Source: an uncultured Deferribacteres bacterium
Lineage (GTDB): Bacteria; Zhuqueibacterota; JdFR-76; BMS3Abin05
Length of the DNA: 64,000 bases
Reading direction: 5' to 3'
Assembly: GCA_964579725.1 (NCBI GenBank)
Contig: CAZOHG010000009.1
Location: forward strand, 16,058-80,057
A program made the translations under genes and the position numbers. Each line of letters opens with the position of its first letter. The stretch's first letter is position 1. Shown here in pieces: positions 47,177 to 58,334 of this stretch. The notes under the pieces are model-generated. The model ran no database searches. It was not told the origin of the DNA and saw nothing but the letters and a program-made list of their open reading frames with translations.

Positions 47177-48250
47177 ATGCTCACCAGCAGAGAACGCGTT
47201 ATTCGGACATTTTACCACGAAAAGACCGATCGAATTCCCATCGACTACCTTGCCAACGCCGCTATCGATCGAAAATTAAAGCGCCACTTCGGTTTGCAGG
47301 ACGATGACGACGAGGGGCTCCGGCAGGCGTTACGCGTGGATTTTCGGGAGGTCACCGTTCCTTACACGGGGCCTGTTTTACATCCCCCTGTGAAGGGCCT
47401 GGATGTGGACCCTGCCTGGGGCTTTCGGCGTAAATGGGTGACGCACAATTGGGGCGGCTATTGGGAATTTACAGATTTTCCGCTGGCAGATTTGGACATG
47501 GAAAAAGCGACCACATGGCCCATGCCGTCCGCCGACGATTTCGATTATTCCGTTGTGACGGAACAGTGCAAACGGTGGAAGGATTTGGCCCTGTACGTGG
47601 GCAATCCGGGTTTAGGGGATATGATGAATACCACCGGTTTTTGGTGCGGCATGGAAATGGCCTATTTAAGCGTCGGATTAAAGGACCCGGCGTGGCTGAC
47701 ACTCATTGACAGACGTTTGGCCATTCAACTGGAAATGACCGAGCGGATGTTGGAAGCAGCCAGAGGACGGATCGATTTTATGTGGTTGGGGGAGGATTTG
47801 GGACAGCAGCAGGGACCGCTTATTAGCTTAGATTCTTATCGAGAGCTTTTGCGCCCCCGGCACCAAAAATTTGTGGATTTGGCCAGGGCGTACAATATTC
47901 CGGTTATGTTTCACAGCTGCGGCTCGTCAAGCTGGGCCTTTGAAGATTTTATTGACATGGGAATTGCCGCTATCGACACACTTCAACCCGAAGTGGCGAA
48001 CATGGAACCGGCTTATTTGAAAAAAAACTACGGGGATCGGCTGGCGTTTCACGGCATGGTTTCCACGGCGGGACCGCTGGCAACGGCTCCGGTGGCCGAG
48101 TTTGAAAAATCGCTGCGCGAATTGTTAGACATCGTCATGCCCGGCGGGGGATATTTTTTGGCACCCACCCACGAAATTCAGGACAATACCCCGTTAGAAA
48201 ATGCACTGGCTCTTTACCAACGAGGTTACGAGTGGGGATGGTACACCTAA
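47177..48250 (+). CDS. Uroporphyrinogen decarboxylase (URO-D/MtaA-like) family protein
   Basis: MLTSRERVIRTFYHEKTDRIPIDY is the typical URO-D-family N-terminus. Later motifs are WLGEDLGQQQGPLIS, FHSCGS and DTLQPE. The ATG at 47177 has GGGAGA 6 nt upstream; the ORF-track start at 47150 is an alternative. Confidence 0.7.
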   Translation: MLTSRERVIRTFYHEKTDRIPIDYLANAAIDRKLKRHFGLQDDDDEGLRQALRVDFREVTVPYTGPVLHPPVKGLDVDPAWGFRRKWVTHNWGGYWEFTDFPLADLDMEKATTWPMPSADDFDYSVVTEQCKRWKDLALYVGNPGLGDMMNTTGFWCGMEMAYLSVGLKDPAWLTLIDRRLAIQLEMTERMLEAARGRIDFMWLGEDLGQQQGPLISLDSYRELLRPRHQKFVDLARAYNIPVMFHSCGSSSWAFEDFIDMGIAAIDTLQPEVANMEPAYLKKNYGDRLAFHGMVSTAGPLATAPVAEFEKSLRELLDIVMPGGGYFLAPTHEIQDNTPLENALALYQRGYEWGWYT

Positions 48251-48801
48251 ACGGATTTTCTCCCGGGGTCAACGATGCGTCCAGGGCAGCAAGTGCCGTT
48301 GGATGTGAATAGAACCGGTGAATTTCTCCGGAATTTTGGCGACGCAGTCGGAAAAGAATGCTTTGGCGACAACGGTTGTTTCGAGAAAAAAAGAGGGTGT
48401 GATTGAGTTGTTCGGTTGCGACCGATCTTTGGGCGAGCAAGCATTTCGTTTTGAAAAGAAGCGAAAAAAATTTTTGGAGAATGCGCAAACGGATGCATTT
48501 GAGGGAAATCCGTTTTTGGGCGAAAAAAATGGGTTTTCAAGGCCTCCCCCTTTAGTTTTTGTGAGCAGTTAGGGTAAGAGTAGAAACGAAAGCCAATTTT
48601 AAGTTTCGGGGGGTTGTTGAAATGCGGCGGGGCGAAAAGCGAGAGTGAAAAAAGGCCAATTTTAAGAGGTTGCTTTTTGTTGTTTGGTTTTGCCAAGAAC
48701 GATTTATTGCCCCTAAAAGAGCCAAAGGGTAAAAGAGAAAAAAAGAAAAAAAGAAGAGGTTGGCGTTGAAATTTACTGGAATAAACAAGGAGAGTTTCAA
48801 A

Positions 48802-51294
48802 ATGTACCGGACGAAAATAGTGAGATTTTTGGGTGCTTTTCTTTTCCTTCTAAGTGTCGCGGCCGGAACCGCTTTGGGGTTTCAATCAGTTCACACCCTT
48901 TACAAGGTTTTGTCCTTTCAAAAGGATGCCCATGGGATTCTATTGACGTGTCAGGCAGACAATCAGCAAAAGGTTTTGTTGCGAATCGATGTGTGCACAC
49001 CCGACCTGCTGCGATTTCGAATGACTTCAGCCCCGGACTTCAAGAAAAATGCGGACCTCCTTGTCAAAATGAATTGGCCGCCGGTGAAAGTTTCCTTTTC
49101 GGAACAGCCGGGCGTCCTTCTGTTGAAGACGCGAGACCTGACCCTCCGCTTGCAACGGAATCCATTTTCTTTCCAGATTAGTGCCCCGCGGGGCGTTCTT
49201 CTGGAAACCGAAACTCCGGACGGATTGAGATTTGACAAAAAGCGTGTGTACGCATTTTTTAAAATGCGTTCAGACGATCATTTTTTTGGCCTGGGAGCAG
49301 GAAAAGGCGTGGGAATGACCTCCTGGGCCAGTACAGAACATTTTAACCTTCTGGACAAGCGGCGGCAGGAAATTAATATCCTGGGCAGACGCATTCCATT
49401 TTTTATGAATCCTCGTGGCTACGGGATTTTTATGAACAGCACCAATTTAACTACATTTGAATTGGGCAGCAAAATGCCGGGGCGTTTTTCCATGCGAACA
49501 GAAAATACATTGCTGGACTTCTATTTTATTTTCGGCCCGGATTTTAAGCACATCTTGGCGCAATACACCGAACTAACAGGAAGAGCCCCTTTGATTCCAA
49601 AATGGGCATTCGGTTTGCGACAGGCCGGATATTGGGATCAGAAGCAGGTGGAAACCTACGCCAGGCTTTATCGGCAAAAACATCTGCCCTGCGATTTGAT
49701 TCACATCGATTCAGGTTGGTTGGACAAAGGCTCAAAATACGAGGGGCACGGAATCCACTTTGGTAAACCCAACCGGGGGTACGTGGATTTTCAATGGGAC
49801 AGACGTCAATTTCCCAATCCCAAGGCGATGATTGCTACGTTAAAAGCGCAAGGGTACAAAGTTTCCCTTTGGGAAACCTCTTTGGTGAATCCGAATGTGG
49901 GTCAATTTTTTGACAAGGCTGCGGCACGCGGATATTTTATGAAGATGCCGGACGGATCGCCGGCATTGGTTCATTACAGCAGCCGGGGGCCCTCCGCGGT
50001 GGTAGATTTTTCCAATCCGAAAGCGGCGGAGTGGTGGAAACAGCAACACAAATATTTGGTAGATATGGGAATCGACGCCTTCAAACTGGACATCAGCAGC
50101 GAGTTGAGCAATGCCAAACTGGCCAGGTTTTACAATGGAAAACGTGTCAAGGAGATGCGTATTTTACACAAACTCTGGAATTTGCGAACGGTTTACGAGG
50201 CTACGAAAGATTACACGCATCGTCGCGGGTATATTTTTAGCAGTATTGCAGCTCCCGGAAGCCAACGGTTTCCTGTTCATTGGAGCGGTGACTACAAAAA
50301 TGATTTTGAAGGTATCCAGGGGAAAATTCGGAGTTCCCAAAATATGGGACTTTCGGGTTTTGCCTATTATTCTCCTGATTTTCCCTCCCGACGAAATCTC
50401 ACCGATTCTGTTCTGTTTGTTCGGTGGGCCGAATATGGCCTTTTGAACCCCGTTTGCCAGGATTGGTGTAATCTGCCGTGGAATTTTGGCAAACAGGCGG
50501 AAGAAATCTTCCGGTTTTACGACAATCTCCATTACCGTTTGATTCCCTATTTTTATTCGTATGCCTGGAAAGCGCACGAAACCGGTGTTCCCATTGTTCG
50601 GGCGCTGGTTTTGGAATACCCGTATGATCCCAATGTCTATTCTCAAGGTCTGGAATTCCTTTTAGGGCAGGAATTTTTGGTAGCTCCCATTTGCGCTAAT
50701 TCGAAATTCGACACGACCTATTCCACGCGCAGCGTCTATCTCCCCAAGGGAAATTGGATCGATTATTGGACAGGACGTGTGTACAAGGGACATGCCACAA
50801 TCTCCGTTAAGGCTGCCCTGGATAAAATTCCTTTGTTTGTGAAAGCAGGAGCCATTATTCCCATGGGGCCTGTCATGCAATACGTGGAACAAAAACCCGT
50901 AAATCCGTTGACGCTTGACATTTACCCGTGGAAAACGTCGAGTTTTACCCTCTACGAAGACGACGGAATAACCTATGCGTACGAGAATGGCGCTTTTGCG
51001 CGAACCACATTCGTTTGCTCCCAACAACCGAATCACTTGGTCGTTGAAATCGGGCCGAGTCGCGGCCATTTCAAGGGGCAATTGAAAAAAAGAACATATA
51101 TTCTCAAATTGAATGGGGTCAATCGTCCCGTCAAAATTCGATTGGAAGGCAAAAAATTACCCCTGTGGCGTTCCCGTCACCAATTGGAAACGCACAAATC
51201 AGGTTGGTGGTACTCCGTTCAAAATCGCCGCCTTTGGATCAAAATTGGAAGCGTTAAAACAAGCAATGCCCAAAGGATAGTTATTCAAGAATAA
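48802..51294 (+). CDS. Glycoside hydrolase family 31 (alpha-glucosidase/alpha-xylosidase-like), exported
   Basis: The ATG at 48802 has AAGGAGAG and gives signal peptide MYRTKIVRFLGAFLFLLSVAAGTALG. GH31 core motifs are IHIDSGW, GIDAFKLD (nucleophile region), HWSGD and VRWAEYG. Confidence 0.8.
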   Translation: MYRTKIVRFLGAFLFLLSVAAGTALGFQSVHTLYKVLSFQKDAHGILLTCQADNQQKVLLRIDVCTPDLLRFRMTSAPDFKKNADLLVKMNWPPVKVSFSEQPGVLLLKTRDLTLRLQRNPFSFQISAPRGVLLETETPDGLRFDKKRVYAFFKMRSDDHFFGLGAGKGVGMTSWASTEHFNLLDKRRQEINILGRRIPFFMNPRGYGIFMNSTNLTTFELGSKMPGRFSMRTENTLLDFYFIFGPDFKHILAQYTELTGRAPLIPKWAFGLRQAGYWDQKQVETYARLYRQKHLPCDLIHIDSGWLDKGSKYEGHGIHFGKPNRGYVDFQWDRRQFPNPKAMIATLKAQGYKVSLWETSLVNPNVGQFFDKAAARGYFMKMPDGSPALVHYSSRGPSAVVDFSNPKAAEWWKQQHKYLVDMGIDAFKLDISSELSNAKLARFYNGKRVKEMRILHKLWNLRTVYEATKDYTHRRGYIFSSIAAPGSQRFPVHWSGDYKNDFEGIQGKIRSSQNMGLSGFAYYSPDFPSRRNLTDSVLFVRWAEYGLLNPVCQDWCNLPWNFGKQAEEIFRFYDNLHYRLIPYFYSYAWKAHETGVPIVRALVLEYPYDPNVYSQGLEFLLGQEFLVAPICANSKFDTTYSTRSVYLPKGNWIDYWTGRVYKGHATISVKAALDKIPLFVKAGAIIPMGPVMQYVEQKPVNPLTLDIYPWKTSSFTLYEDDGITYAYENGAFARTTFVCSQQPNHLVVEIGPSRGHFKGQLKKRTYILKLNGVNRPVKIRLEGKKLPLWRSRHQLETHKSGWWYSVQNRRLWIKIGSVKTSNAQRIVIQE

Positions 51295-51427
51295 AAAAAG
51301 TAGTCCACTGACGGTTTGTTTCGGTGGCAGGCTCTGCCGGGACAGAGGAAAGAAACGCACCGAATTTAAGAAAGGATTTTCGGTTTTAGGTGAGTTGGGG
51401 TTTTCACCTCAAAGTGGGGAAACGAAA

Positions 51428-53989
51428 ATGAGCACACCATTTGCACAAAGACGAAATTTGCTTTTGTCGGTCGCCATTGGATTTTCTTTTTGGTTCTTTC
51501 TTTTTCTCAATCACCCTGCCGTTCATGCCCAATCCCTGTTGGACCGGCTAAAATGTCCCTACCAGTCCAAAATTGTCAGGTCAATGGGAAAAATCACCCC
51601 AAATGCGCAGATTTTGTTCGATGATCTCGATGGCGACGGGCTTGACGAATCCATCGAAATTACCAACAGCAAAAGGGATGACAACCTTTCCATGATCATT
51701 ATGCATAATCCCTTTAACAAAACCATCATGGGCTTTAACGCCGCGGGAAGATTTGACTATCTGGGCAAAACCGATTACGACGGAGATGGCCAAACGGATG
51801 TCATTTTTTCCTTGACGACCCAAAGAGATATTTCGCTTGTCAAAATATCTCCTTTTCATTCTCAGAAAGAACCCGAAATTGTGCGATTGGTGTGGAAAAA
51901 GGATTTTAAAGCTCTGCCGGGCAACGTTATGTTGAGAAATAAAATCTTTGATCCCGAAGACCCCAATCATATTTTTTTGGCGATCATCACGACCTTTTCT
52001 CAATCGCCCCGCTATCTTTTGGGGTTTGATTTACGTTCAAATAAAACCTTTTTAAAATTTCCCATGGGCCCCATCCCCGAATCTATTTGTACGGCTCGAT
52101 TTACGGGGAGAAAAACGAAAGAAATCTTAATTGGATCGTATGCCTGTGCCAACGGTGCCATTGCCAATGATATGGGTGATTGGAAAAGCTGGCTGGTTCT
52201 GCTGAGCCGTCGCGGGAAGGTCTTGTTCAAAAAATCCTTGGGCGGCTACAATACCATTACCCCTTTGTCCCCGAAGCCTTTCCTTAATCAAAAGGGAGAG
52301 CCGTCGGTTTTCGTGGTGCGGTTTTGTAACGGAGGCCACCCCAAGGAAGCGGATTTTGTGGGGATTTGGAATTGGGCACATCGCAACAATTTCCCGAAGC
52401 TGCATTTCCCGCAGGGAATTGAAACGCAAGAACCGGTGTTTTTTAAGAATCCCCTTACCGGCAAAAATGAGGTCATTTTTTTTACCAAAAATGGTTGTCT
52501 TACGTCGGTTGACGAGGATTTGAAAATTATTCGGATGAAAAAGCCTTCCTTCATTCACCATTTGGAAAGTGCTCGCGTCCAAGGTGTGGCCAATCTTTTG
52601 GGGGATTACCGGCCGGAGCTGATTGTGCTTGGGGAAAGGCGTGCTTACATTTTAACCTTGGATTACCATTTGCTGTGCAGTATTCCGGTTAAGAATCAAC
52701 CGAAAATAGTCCACGGGGTAGAGAGAGGCAAAGTTGATTTGTTTATTGAAAAGCAGGACGGATTCGGTTACATCGTTTCTTTTGGGAGAAATCCCATCTT
52801 TTACCTTTTTCGGGGGGCGGTTGTCTTGCTCCTTTTGATTTTATTGTATTTGCCTGTTGCCATTCGGAAGCGAAAGCAAAAAATCATTCAAAAAAGACGT
52901 CTGGAATCCAATATTTTCCGGGCCTGGGTATTGGAATCTCTCGACACGGGTATTATTATTTTTGACCACGCCGGCCGATTGGAATCGATTAACCGCAAGG
53001 CGCGGGAAATTTTGGGCTTTTCTGGTGAAGTCGAGGAATTAGAGAAAGAATTTTTAAGTCGATTGCAGGGGCATCCGTTTGAAATATTGCGGAATATATT
53101 GAGGAAATTGGAGCTGTCGCCTGGTAAAAAAGTGGAAGAATCGCTTACCGTCCGTCAGGGAGACGAGCTGGTACGGTACCAAATTAGCGCCGAAGTTTTG
53201 CAGGACGAAGCCGGGCATCCTTTGGGAAAAGCGATTTCGATCCGGGACGAGACGGAAATGGGGCGTTCGCGCGAATTGATTGCCTGGAGTGAAATGGCGG
53301 CTCGCCTGGCTCACGAAATTAAGATCCCCCTTTCATCTTTGTTATTGGCTTCCGAAAAGCTAAAAAAAATAGTGGATGCTATTCCTTCCGACGCGGCAAA
53401 GGCAAATCCCGAAAAATACCTCAGCTACCTGTTCCGGGAAATCGACCGCCTGGAACATATTGCCGAAACCATGATGCAATTGGCTTCCATCCGGCAATCG
53501 GAATTTGTGGAAATCAATGTGAATCTGGCTTTGCGGGAGGCTCTCGAACGGGTGACCTCCTTGTTCGGAAAAGGAATCCGCCTGGAAACAAATTTGGACG
53601 AAGACCTCCCTGCGGTTTGGGGAAATTTTAATCAACTGGTACTGGCCTTCGAAAATATCTTGAAAAATAGTCTGGATGCGGTGAGTGTGGGGGATACCAT
53701 TCACGTGTCCTCCTATTTGGCACAAGGGTTGCAAGGCGAAAAACAAGGGCAGGTTGTTGTGGAAATCTCGGACACCGGAATTGGAATCCCCGAAAATCTT
53801 CAGGAAAAAATCTTTCAACCCTATTTTAGCAACAAAGAAATGGGAACCGGTTTGGGATTGTCCATTGTGAAGAAAATTATTGAGGATCATTTCGGACATA
53901 TTCGCTTTGAGAGCACCGAAGGAATCGGTACGGTTTTTTGGATTTACCTGCCGCCGGCGAAAGGCGCAGGGCAAGAAGAAGCGGAATAG
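51428..53989 (+). CDS. Sensor histidine kinase with a large FG-GAP/VCBS-like extracytoplasmic domain, PAS, HisKA and HATPase
   Basis: N-terminal TM, then about 440 aa carrying FDDLDGDGLDE and TDYDGDGQTDV. A second TM is VVLLLLILLYLPVAI. PAS-like region IIIFDHAGRLESINRKA, H-box LAHEIKIPLSSL, and N/G boxes NSLDA, DTGIGIP and GTGLGLS. Confidence 0.85.
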   Translation: MSTPFAQRRNLLLSVAIGFSFWFFLFLNHPAVHAQSLLDRLKCPYQSKIVRSMGKITPNAQILFDDLDGDGLDESIEITNSKRDDNLSMIIMHNPFNKTIMGFNAAGRFDYLGKTDYDGDGQTDVIFSLTTQRDISLVKISPFHSQKEPEIVRLVWKKDFKALPGNVMLRNKIFDPEDPNHIFLAIITTFSQSPRYLLGFDLRSNKTFLKFPMGPIPESICTARFTGRKTKEILIGSYACANGAIANDMGDWKSWLVLLSRRGKVLFKKSLGGYNTITPLSPKPFLNQKGEPSVFVVRFCNGGHPKEADFVGIWNWAHRNNFPKLHFPQGIETQEPVFFKNPLTGKNEVIFFTKNGCLTSVDEDLKIIRMKKPSFIHHLESARVQGVANLLGDYRPELIVLGERRAYILTLDYHLLCSIPVKNQPKIVHGVERGKVDLFIEKQDGFGYIVSFGRNPIFYLFRGAVVLLLLILLYLPVAIRKRKQKIIQKRRLESNIFRAWVLESLDTGIIIFDHAGRLESINRKAREILGFSGEVEELEKEFLSRLQGHPFEILRNILRKLELSPGKKVEESLTVRQGDELVRYQISAEVLQDEAGHPLGKAISIRDETEMGRSRELIAWSEMAARLAHEIKIPLSSLLLASEKLKKIVDAIPSDAAKANPEKYLSYLFREIDRLEHIAETMMQLASIRQSEFVEINVNLALREALERVTSLFGKGIRLETNLDEDLPAVWGNFNQLVLAFENILKNSLDAVSVGDTIHVSSYLAQGLQGEKQGQVVVEISDTGIGIPENLQEKIFQPYFSNKEMGTGLGLSIVKKIIEDHFGHIRFESTEGIGTVFWIYLPPAKGAGQEEAE

Positions 53990-54124
53990 CCGATTTCGGG
54001 GGTTGTTGGAAAACAGAAGAAAGCTTGAGCCCTTCCAAACACTCAGAAAATATGAGCCGTGGGAACACCATTTTTGAGCGCCGTTAGGGTCAAGACACCC
54101 CCAATTTAAACCAGAAAGGGATCA

Positions 54125-55498
54125 ATGCCAGCTTCCTCGACTATTTTAATTGTTGAAGATGATGCCAATTTTCGCAGCCTCGAGCGAGACCTGTTGGAGG
54201 ATGAACACTACCGGGTGCTCGAAGCCGACAGCGGTGAAGAGGCACTTTCCATTCTGCAAAATGAATCTCCAATTGATTTAATGCTTCTGGACTTGCGCCT
54301 GCCTCAAATGGATGGGATTTCCGTTTTAAAAGAGACTCTGAAAATTCGCCCGGACCTGGCGGTTGTGCTCATTAGCGGACACGGGGATATCGAATCGGCG
54401 GTGAAGGCGGTTCGGTTGGGGGCTTACGATTTTTTAGAAAAACCGGTTCAATCAGGCAGACTCTTGCTCACGGTGGAACGGGCTCTCAGCTACGTGAATT
54501 TGCAAAGGGAGCGCCAGCAACTTCTTGAAAATATTCGGCAGCGGTACCAATTGGTGAGTGTCAGTCAAGCGATGGAAAAAATTCTTTCCATCGTAGACCG
54601 TGTGGCGGAAACGGACGTCACCGTATTGATTACCGGTGAAAGCGGTACAGGCAAAGAAATGGTGGCACGCGCCATTCATTTGAACAGTCGCCGCGCCAGC
54701 GGCCCTTTTGTTCAGCTCAATTGTGCCGCGCTACCCGACAATCTTATTGAAAGCGAACTTTTCGGGCACGTGAAGGGCGCATTTACGGGCGCTTTGCACA
54801 GTCACGCCGGACGCTTCCAACAAGCCGACAAGGGGACGTTGTTTTTGGACGAGATCGGCGATTTGAGTTTGCTGGCGCAAAGCAAGGTTTTACGGGCAAT
54901 TGAGACGTCGGAGGTCAATCGGGTGGGAAGTGAAAAGCACGAACGGGTTGATGTGCGCATTATTGCCGCAACCAATCGAGACCTCAAACAAATGGTTGAG
55001 GAGAAGACCTTTCGGGAGGATTTGTACCACCGGATTAACGTCATTTCATTGTATATCCCTCCGCTTCGGGAAAGACAGGAGGATATTCTTCCCCTGGCCG
55101 AGCATTTTTTGCGTGAATTTGCCGATCAGTACAATCGCGAACCCCCTAAAATATCGACCGATGCCGAAAGTGTGTTGCTTTCGTACCACTGGCCGGGGAA
55201 TGTGAGGGAATTGCGAAACCTCATGCAGAAAATCATGGTGTTAGGAGATGCGCTGGAAATCCACGGTCACGATATTTCGGAATTATTAGGCAAGCAGGCG
55301 GAACAAAGCAAATGGCCCCGAACCCCGACTCTGCGAGAAGCCCGGAAACTTTTTGAAAAGAGTTACATTCTCAATCGTCTCGAAGCCAATGGGTGGAATA
55401 TTTCCCAAACAGCCAAGCTATTGGGCGTTGAACGAAGCAATTTGTACAAAATAATGGACCAATTGGGCATTCGGGGGAAGGAAAAAAAGAAGAAGTAA
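54125..55498 (+). CDS. Sigma-54-dependent response regulator (NtrC/AtoC family)
   Basis: REC domain (ILIVEDD, LMLLDLRLP), AAA+ domain (GESGTGKE, ESELFGHVKGAFTGA, LFLDEIG, RIIAATN) and a C-terminal Fis-type HTH (NISQTAKLLGVERSNLYKIM). Confidence 0.93.
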   Translation: MPASSTILIVEDDANFRSLERDLLEDEHYRVLEADSGEEALSILQNESPIDLMLLDLRLPQMDGISVLKETLKIRPDLAVVLISGHGDIESAVKAVRLGAYDFLEKPVQSGRLLLTVERALSYVNLQRERQQLLENIRQRYQLVSVSQAMEKILSIVDRVAETDVTVLITGESGTGKEMVARAIHLNSRRASGPFVQLNCAALPDNLIESELFGHVKGAFTGALHSHAGRFQQADKGTLFLDEIGDLSLLAQSKVLRAIETSEVNRVGSEKHERVDVRIIAATNRDLKQMVEEKTFREDLYHRINVISLYIPPLRERQEDILPLAEHFLREFADQYNREPPKISTDAESVLLSYHWPGNVRELRNLMQKIMVLGDALEIHGHDISELLGKQAEQSKWPRTPTLREARKLFEKSYILNRLEANGWNISQTAKLLGVERSNLYKIMDQLGIRGKEKKKK

Positions 55499-55762
55499 AT
55501 CGAGCAAGACGGGTCATTCCAGAAATCTGTGGTGATTGGGAGACGGGTAAAAATTTTTGGTGTGTCAAAAAAAGGACAGTTCTTGTGAATGTAAGTTGTT
55601 CTATGTTTTGCGCAGACTATGCTTTGAAAAAGGAAAAATTCGAAATGCCCTCGGAGGAATTTTCACAATCAGTTAAGTGCCATTAAAATAAATGGCTTTA
55701 TAGATACGCCTGATTTTTGCGACGTTTTTAACCCCATTTTTCCACTTCTTCCCAAATATTAC

Positions 55763-55791
55763 TTGCAATTCGAACAAAAATATATTAAATT
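55763..55791 (+). promoter_or_regulatory. Promoter for rpmE: TTGCAA-N17-TAAATT
   Basis: TTGCAA at 55763-55768, 17-nt spacer, TAAATT at 55786-55791, about 50 nt upstream of the TTG start. Confidence 0.55.
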
Positions 55792-55841
55792 CAAAACCTT
55801 GAAGTTTCAAAAGGGTATGTGTTTAGCAAGGAGAGTGAAAC

Positions 55842-56069
55842 TTGAAACCAGGAATCCACCCCAAATATCATGTTGTGACGGTCAAGTGTGCGTGCGGGAA
55901 CACATTTCAGACCCGGTCCACCATCAACAAAGACGAAATTAAAGTCGACATTTGTTCGGTGTGCCACCCGTTTTTCTCAGGGAAGCAAAAATTAGTAGAT
56001 ACAGCCGGACGCGTAGAAAAATTTTACAGAAAATATCAGAAGCACACGCCCGCCACAAACAGCAAATAG
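55842..56069 (+). CDS. rpmE: 50S ribosomal protein L31 (Zn-ribbon type)
   Basis: [20 protein letters not shown]...[25 protein letters not shown] start with AAGGAGAG RBS. Confidence 0.93.
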   Translation: MKPGIHPKYHVVTVKCACGNTFQTRSTINKDEIKVDICSVCHPFFSGKQKLVDTAGRVEKFYRKYQKHTPATNSK

Positions 56070-56093
56070 CTTTTGTTAGGAAAAATTGTAAAA

Positions 56094-56131
56094 ACGGAGT
56101 ATCGCCCTTTTGGTGCGTATTCCGTTTTTTT
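56094..56131 (+). terminator. Imperfect hairpin plus T7 run after rpmE (terminator/attenuator)
   Basis: ACGGAGTATCGC...GCGTATTCCGT with two bulges, followed by TTTTTTT (56125-56131). Confidence 0.55.
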
Positions 56132-56139
56132 ATGGCTAA

Positions 56140-57099
56140 ATGAGGCAAAATTTGGCAGAGCACACACAAGAAACACCCCCCGTAGGAGGTCAGGCTGTAA
56201 TCGAGGGCGTCATGATGCGTTCCCCACACGCCGTATCCGTGGCCGTTCGCAAGCCTGACGGCGGCATTCTGGTGCGGAGTCAGCCGTACGTCTCCTGGAC
56301 GGCGCGAAGTAAATTTTGGGGACTGCCAATCATCCGCGGCGGTGTTGTTTTGATTGAATCTCTCTATTGGGGCATTAAAACGCTCACCTTTTCGGGTGAC
56401 GTCGCCATGGCTGAAGACGACCCCCAAAAGGGCGAAAAATCAGGGAAGCCTAAAACCGGAATCTCCGTTTTCCGAGCGATTTTGCTGATTGCCGTTTCGC
56501 TTGGCTTAGGTCTTTTGGTGTTTTTCTACGTGCCACTTTTGCTTACGACCTGGCTGGGCATTCGGTCGGGAGTGTGGTTTAACCTTGTGGACGGCGGCTT
56601 TCGCCTGCTGATTTTTCTGTCTTATTTGATCGGAATTTCTTTCCTGAAAGATATTCATCGAATTTTTGAGTACCACGGTGCCGAGCACAAAAGCATTTTT
56701 GCGTACGAAAATCATCTGCCGCTGGCGCCCGAAAGCACCCGGCGCTTTACCACCCACCACCCGCGGTGTGGCACAAGCTTTTTACTCATTGTCATGTTGG
56801 TAAGCATTGTGGTTTTTCTGTTTTTGGGGCGTCCGGAAACGGTGGGAGACCGTCTGCTGCGGTTGCTTTTTGTGCCGGTCATTGGAGGCATTTCCTACGA
56901 ACTGATTCGTTTGTCGGGAAAGGGTTACAAAAAGAAACTGGGCTCTTTTTTGGTCGCTCCCGGGCTCTGGCTCCAGCGTATCACAACCAAGGAGCCCGAC
57001 GATGCCCAAATTGAAGTAGCATTTGCGGCTCTGGAAGCGGCACTCACCGAACCTCAAAAAGGCGTTACCGAATTTGTAGTAAAAGGTCACAACACATGA
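56140..57099 (+). CDS. DUF1385-family membrane protein (commonly linked to prfA/prmC)
   Basis: [15 protein letters not shown] and EYHGAEHK are present, with 4-5 TM segments. There is a 4-nt overlap with prfA. Confidence 0.75.
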   Translation: MRQNLAEHTQETPPVGGQAVIEGVMMRSPHAVSVAVRKPDGGILVRSQPYVSWTARSKFWGLPIIRGGVVLIESLYWGIKTLTFSGDVAMAEDDPQKGEKSGKPKTGISVFRAILLIAVSLGLGLLVFFYVPLLLTTWLGIRSGVWFNLVDGGFRLLIFLSYLIGISFLKDIHRIFEYHGAEHKSIFAYENHLPLAPESTRRFTTHHPRCGTSFLLIVMLVSIVVFLFLGRPETVGDRLLRLLFVPVIGGISYELIRLSGKGYKKKLGSFLVAPGLWLQRITTKEPDDAQIEVAFAALEAALTEPQKGVTEFVVKGHNT

Positions 57100-58163
57100 T
57101 TGAGAAAATCAAATCCCTGATTGAGCGCTATCGCGACATTGAAACGGCTTTGTCGGACCCGAATGTGACCTCCGATTTGAAACGGTACCAGGAATTAAAC
57201 CGAGAGTTCCGAAATTTACAACCCATTGTGGAAAAGTTTCGGGAATATGAGAAACTCCGGGCCCAAATTGAGGACGACCAGGCTATTCTAAAGGAATCCA
57301 ACGATGCGGACCTGTTGGAAATCGCTCGGGCTGAATTGGAAGAGCTTCAGAAAAAAGCGGCCGATGTAGAGCAGGAGTTGAAGCTCCTTCTAATTCCCAA
57401 AGACCCAATGGACGAAAAAAACGTAATTGTGGAAATTCGGGCAGGCACCGGTGGCGAAGAAGCCGGTTTGTTTGCGGGCGATCTGTTCCGTATGTACTCG
57501 CGTTACGCGGAGCGCAAAGGGTGGAAGTTGGAGGTTATGGATTCCCACCCGCAGGAAATCGGCGGATTTAAGGAGATTATTTTTTCCATTTCGGGTGAGG
57601 ACGTTTTCAGTCGGATGAAGTTTGAGGGCGGCGTTCACCGGGTGCAGCGGGTTCCGGCTACGGAAGCCAGCGGGCGGGTGCACACGTCGGCGGCTTCGGT
57701 GGCTGTTTTACCGGAGGCTGAAGAAGTGGACATTGTCATTGACCCCAAAGAAATTCGTGTGGACGTGTTTCGTTCGTCCGGGCCTGGCGGGCAAAGCGTG
57801 AACACAACCGATTCGGCCGTTCGCCTGACGCACATCCCCACGGGGTTGGTGGTCTCCTGTCAGGACGAGAAATCGCAGCACAAAAATAAAGCCAAGGCGC
57901 TGAAAATTTTGCGTTCCCGCCTGTTGGCCAAAAAACAGGAAGAAGAATTGGCCAAAGTGACGGAAAAACGCCGGGCAATGGTGAGCACGGGCGACCGCAG
58001 CGCCAAAATCCGCACTTACAATTTCCCCCAAAATCGTGTGACGGATCATCGAATCGGCCTTACTTTGTACAAATTGGACCAAATTCTCGACGGCAACCTG
58101 GACGAATTGATTGAGCCCTTGCAAATTGCCGATCAGGCCGAAAAATTGAAAAAGGCAGGCTGA
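57096..58163 (+). CDS. prfA: Peptide chain release factor 1
   Basis: [17 protein letters not shown] (the PxT tripeptide is PAT, indicating RF1) and [11 protein letters not shown] (GGQ motif). Confidence 0.95.
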   Translation: MIEKIKSLIERYRDIETALSDPNVTSDLKRYQELNREFRNLQPIVEKFREYEKLRAQIEDDQAILKESNDADLLEIARAELEELQKKAADVEQELKLLLIPKDPMDEKNVIVEIRAGTGGEEAGLFAGDLFRMYSRYAERKGWKLEVMDSHPQEIGGFKEIIFSISGEDVFSRMKFEGGVHRVQRVPATEASGRVHTSAASVAVLPEAEEVDIVIDPKEIRVDVFRSSGPGGQSVNTTDSAVRLTHIPTGLVVSCQDEKSQHKNKAKALKILRSRLLAKKQEEELAKVTEKRRAMVSTGDRSAKIRTYNFPQNRVTDHRIGLTLYKLDQILDGNLDELIEPLQIADQAEKLKKAG

Positions 58164-58334
58164 AAAAGAGGGACAAACTTTTTGATTTCGATTTGGAAAT
58201 CGGTATTTTCTCCTTTACTTTTTTCGGAAAAAGTACTATCTTTAACACCCTAAAGTCAGGGAAGATTTCCACGGCAAATCAAGCAGGTTGTTTTAGAAAC
58301 GACGGCATTGGAAGAGAAACAAAAACAAACTGAG

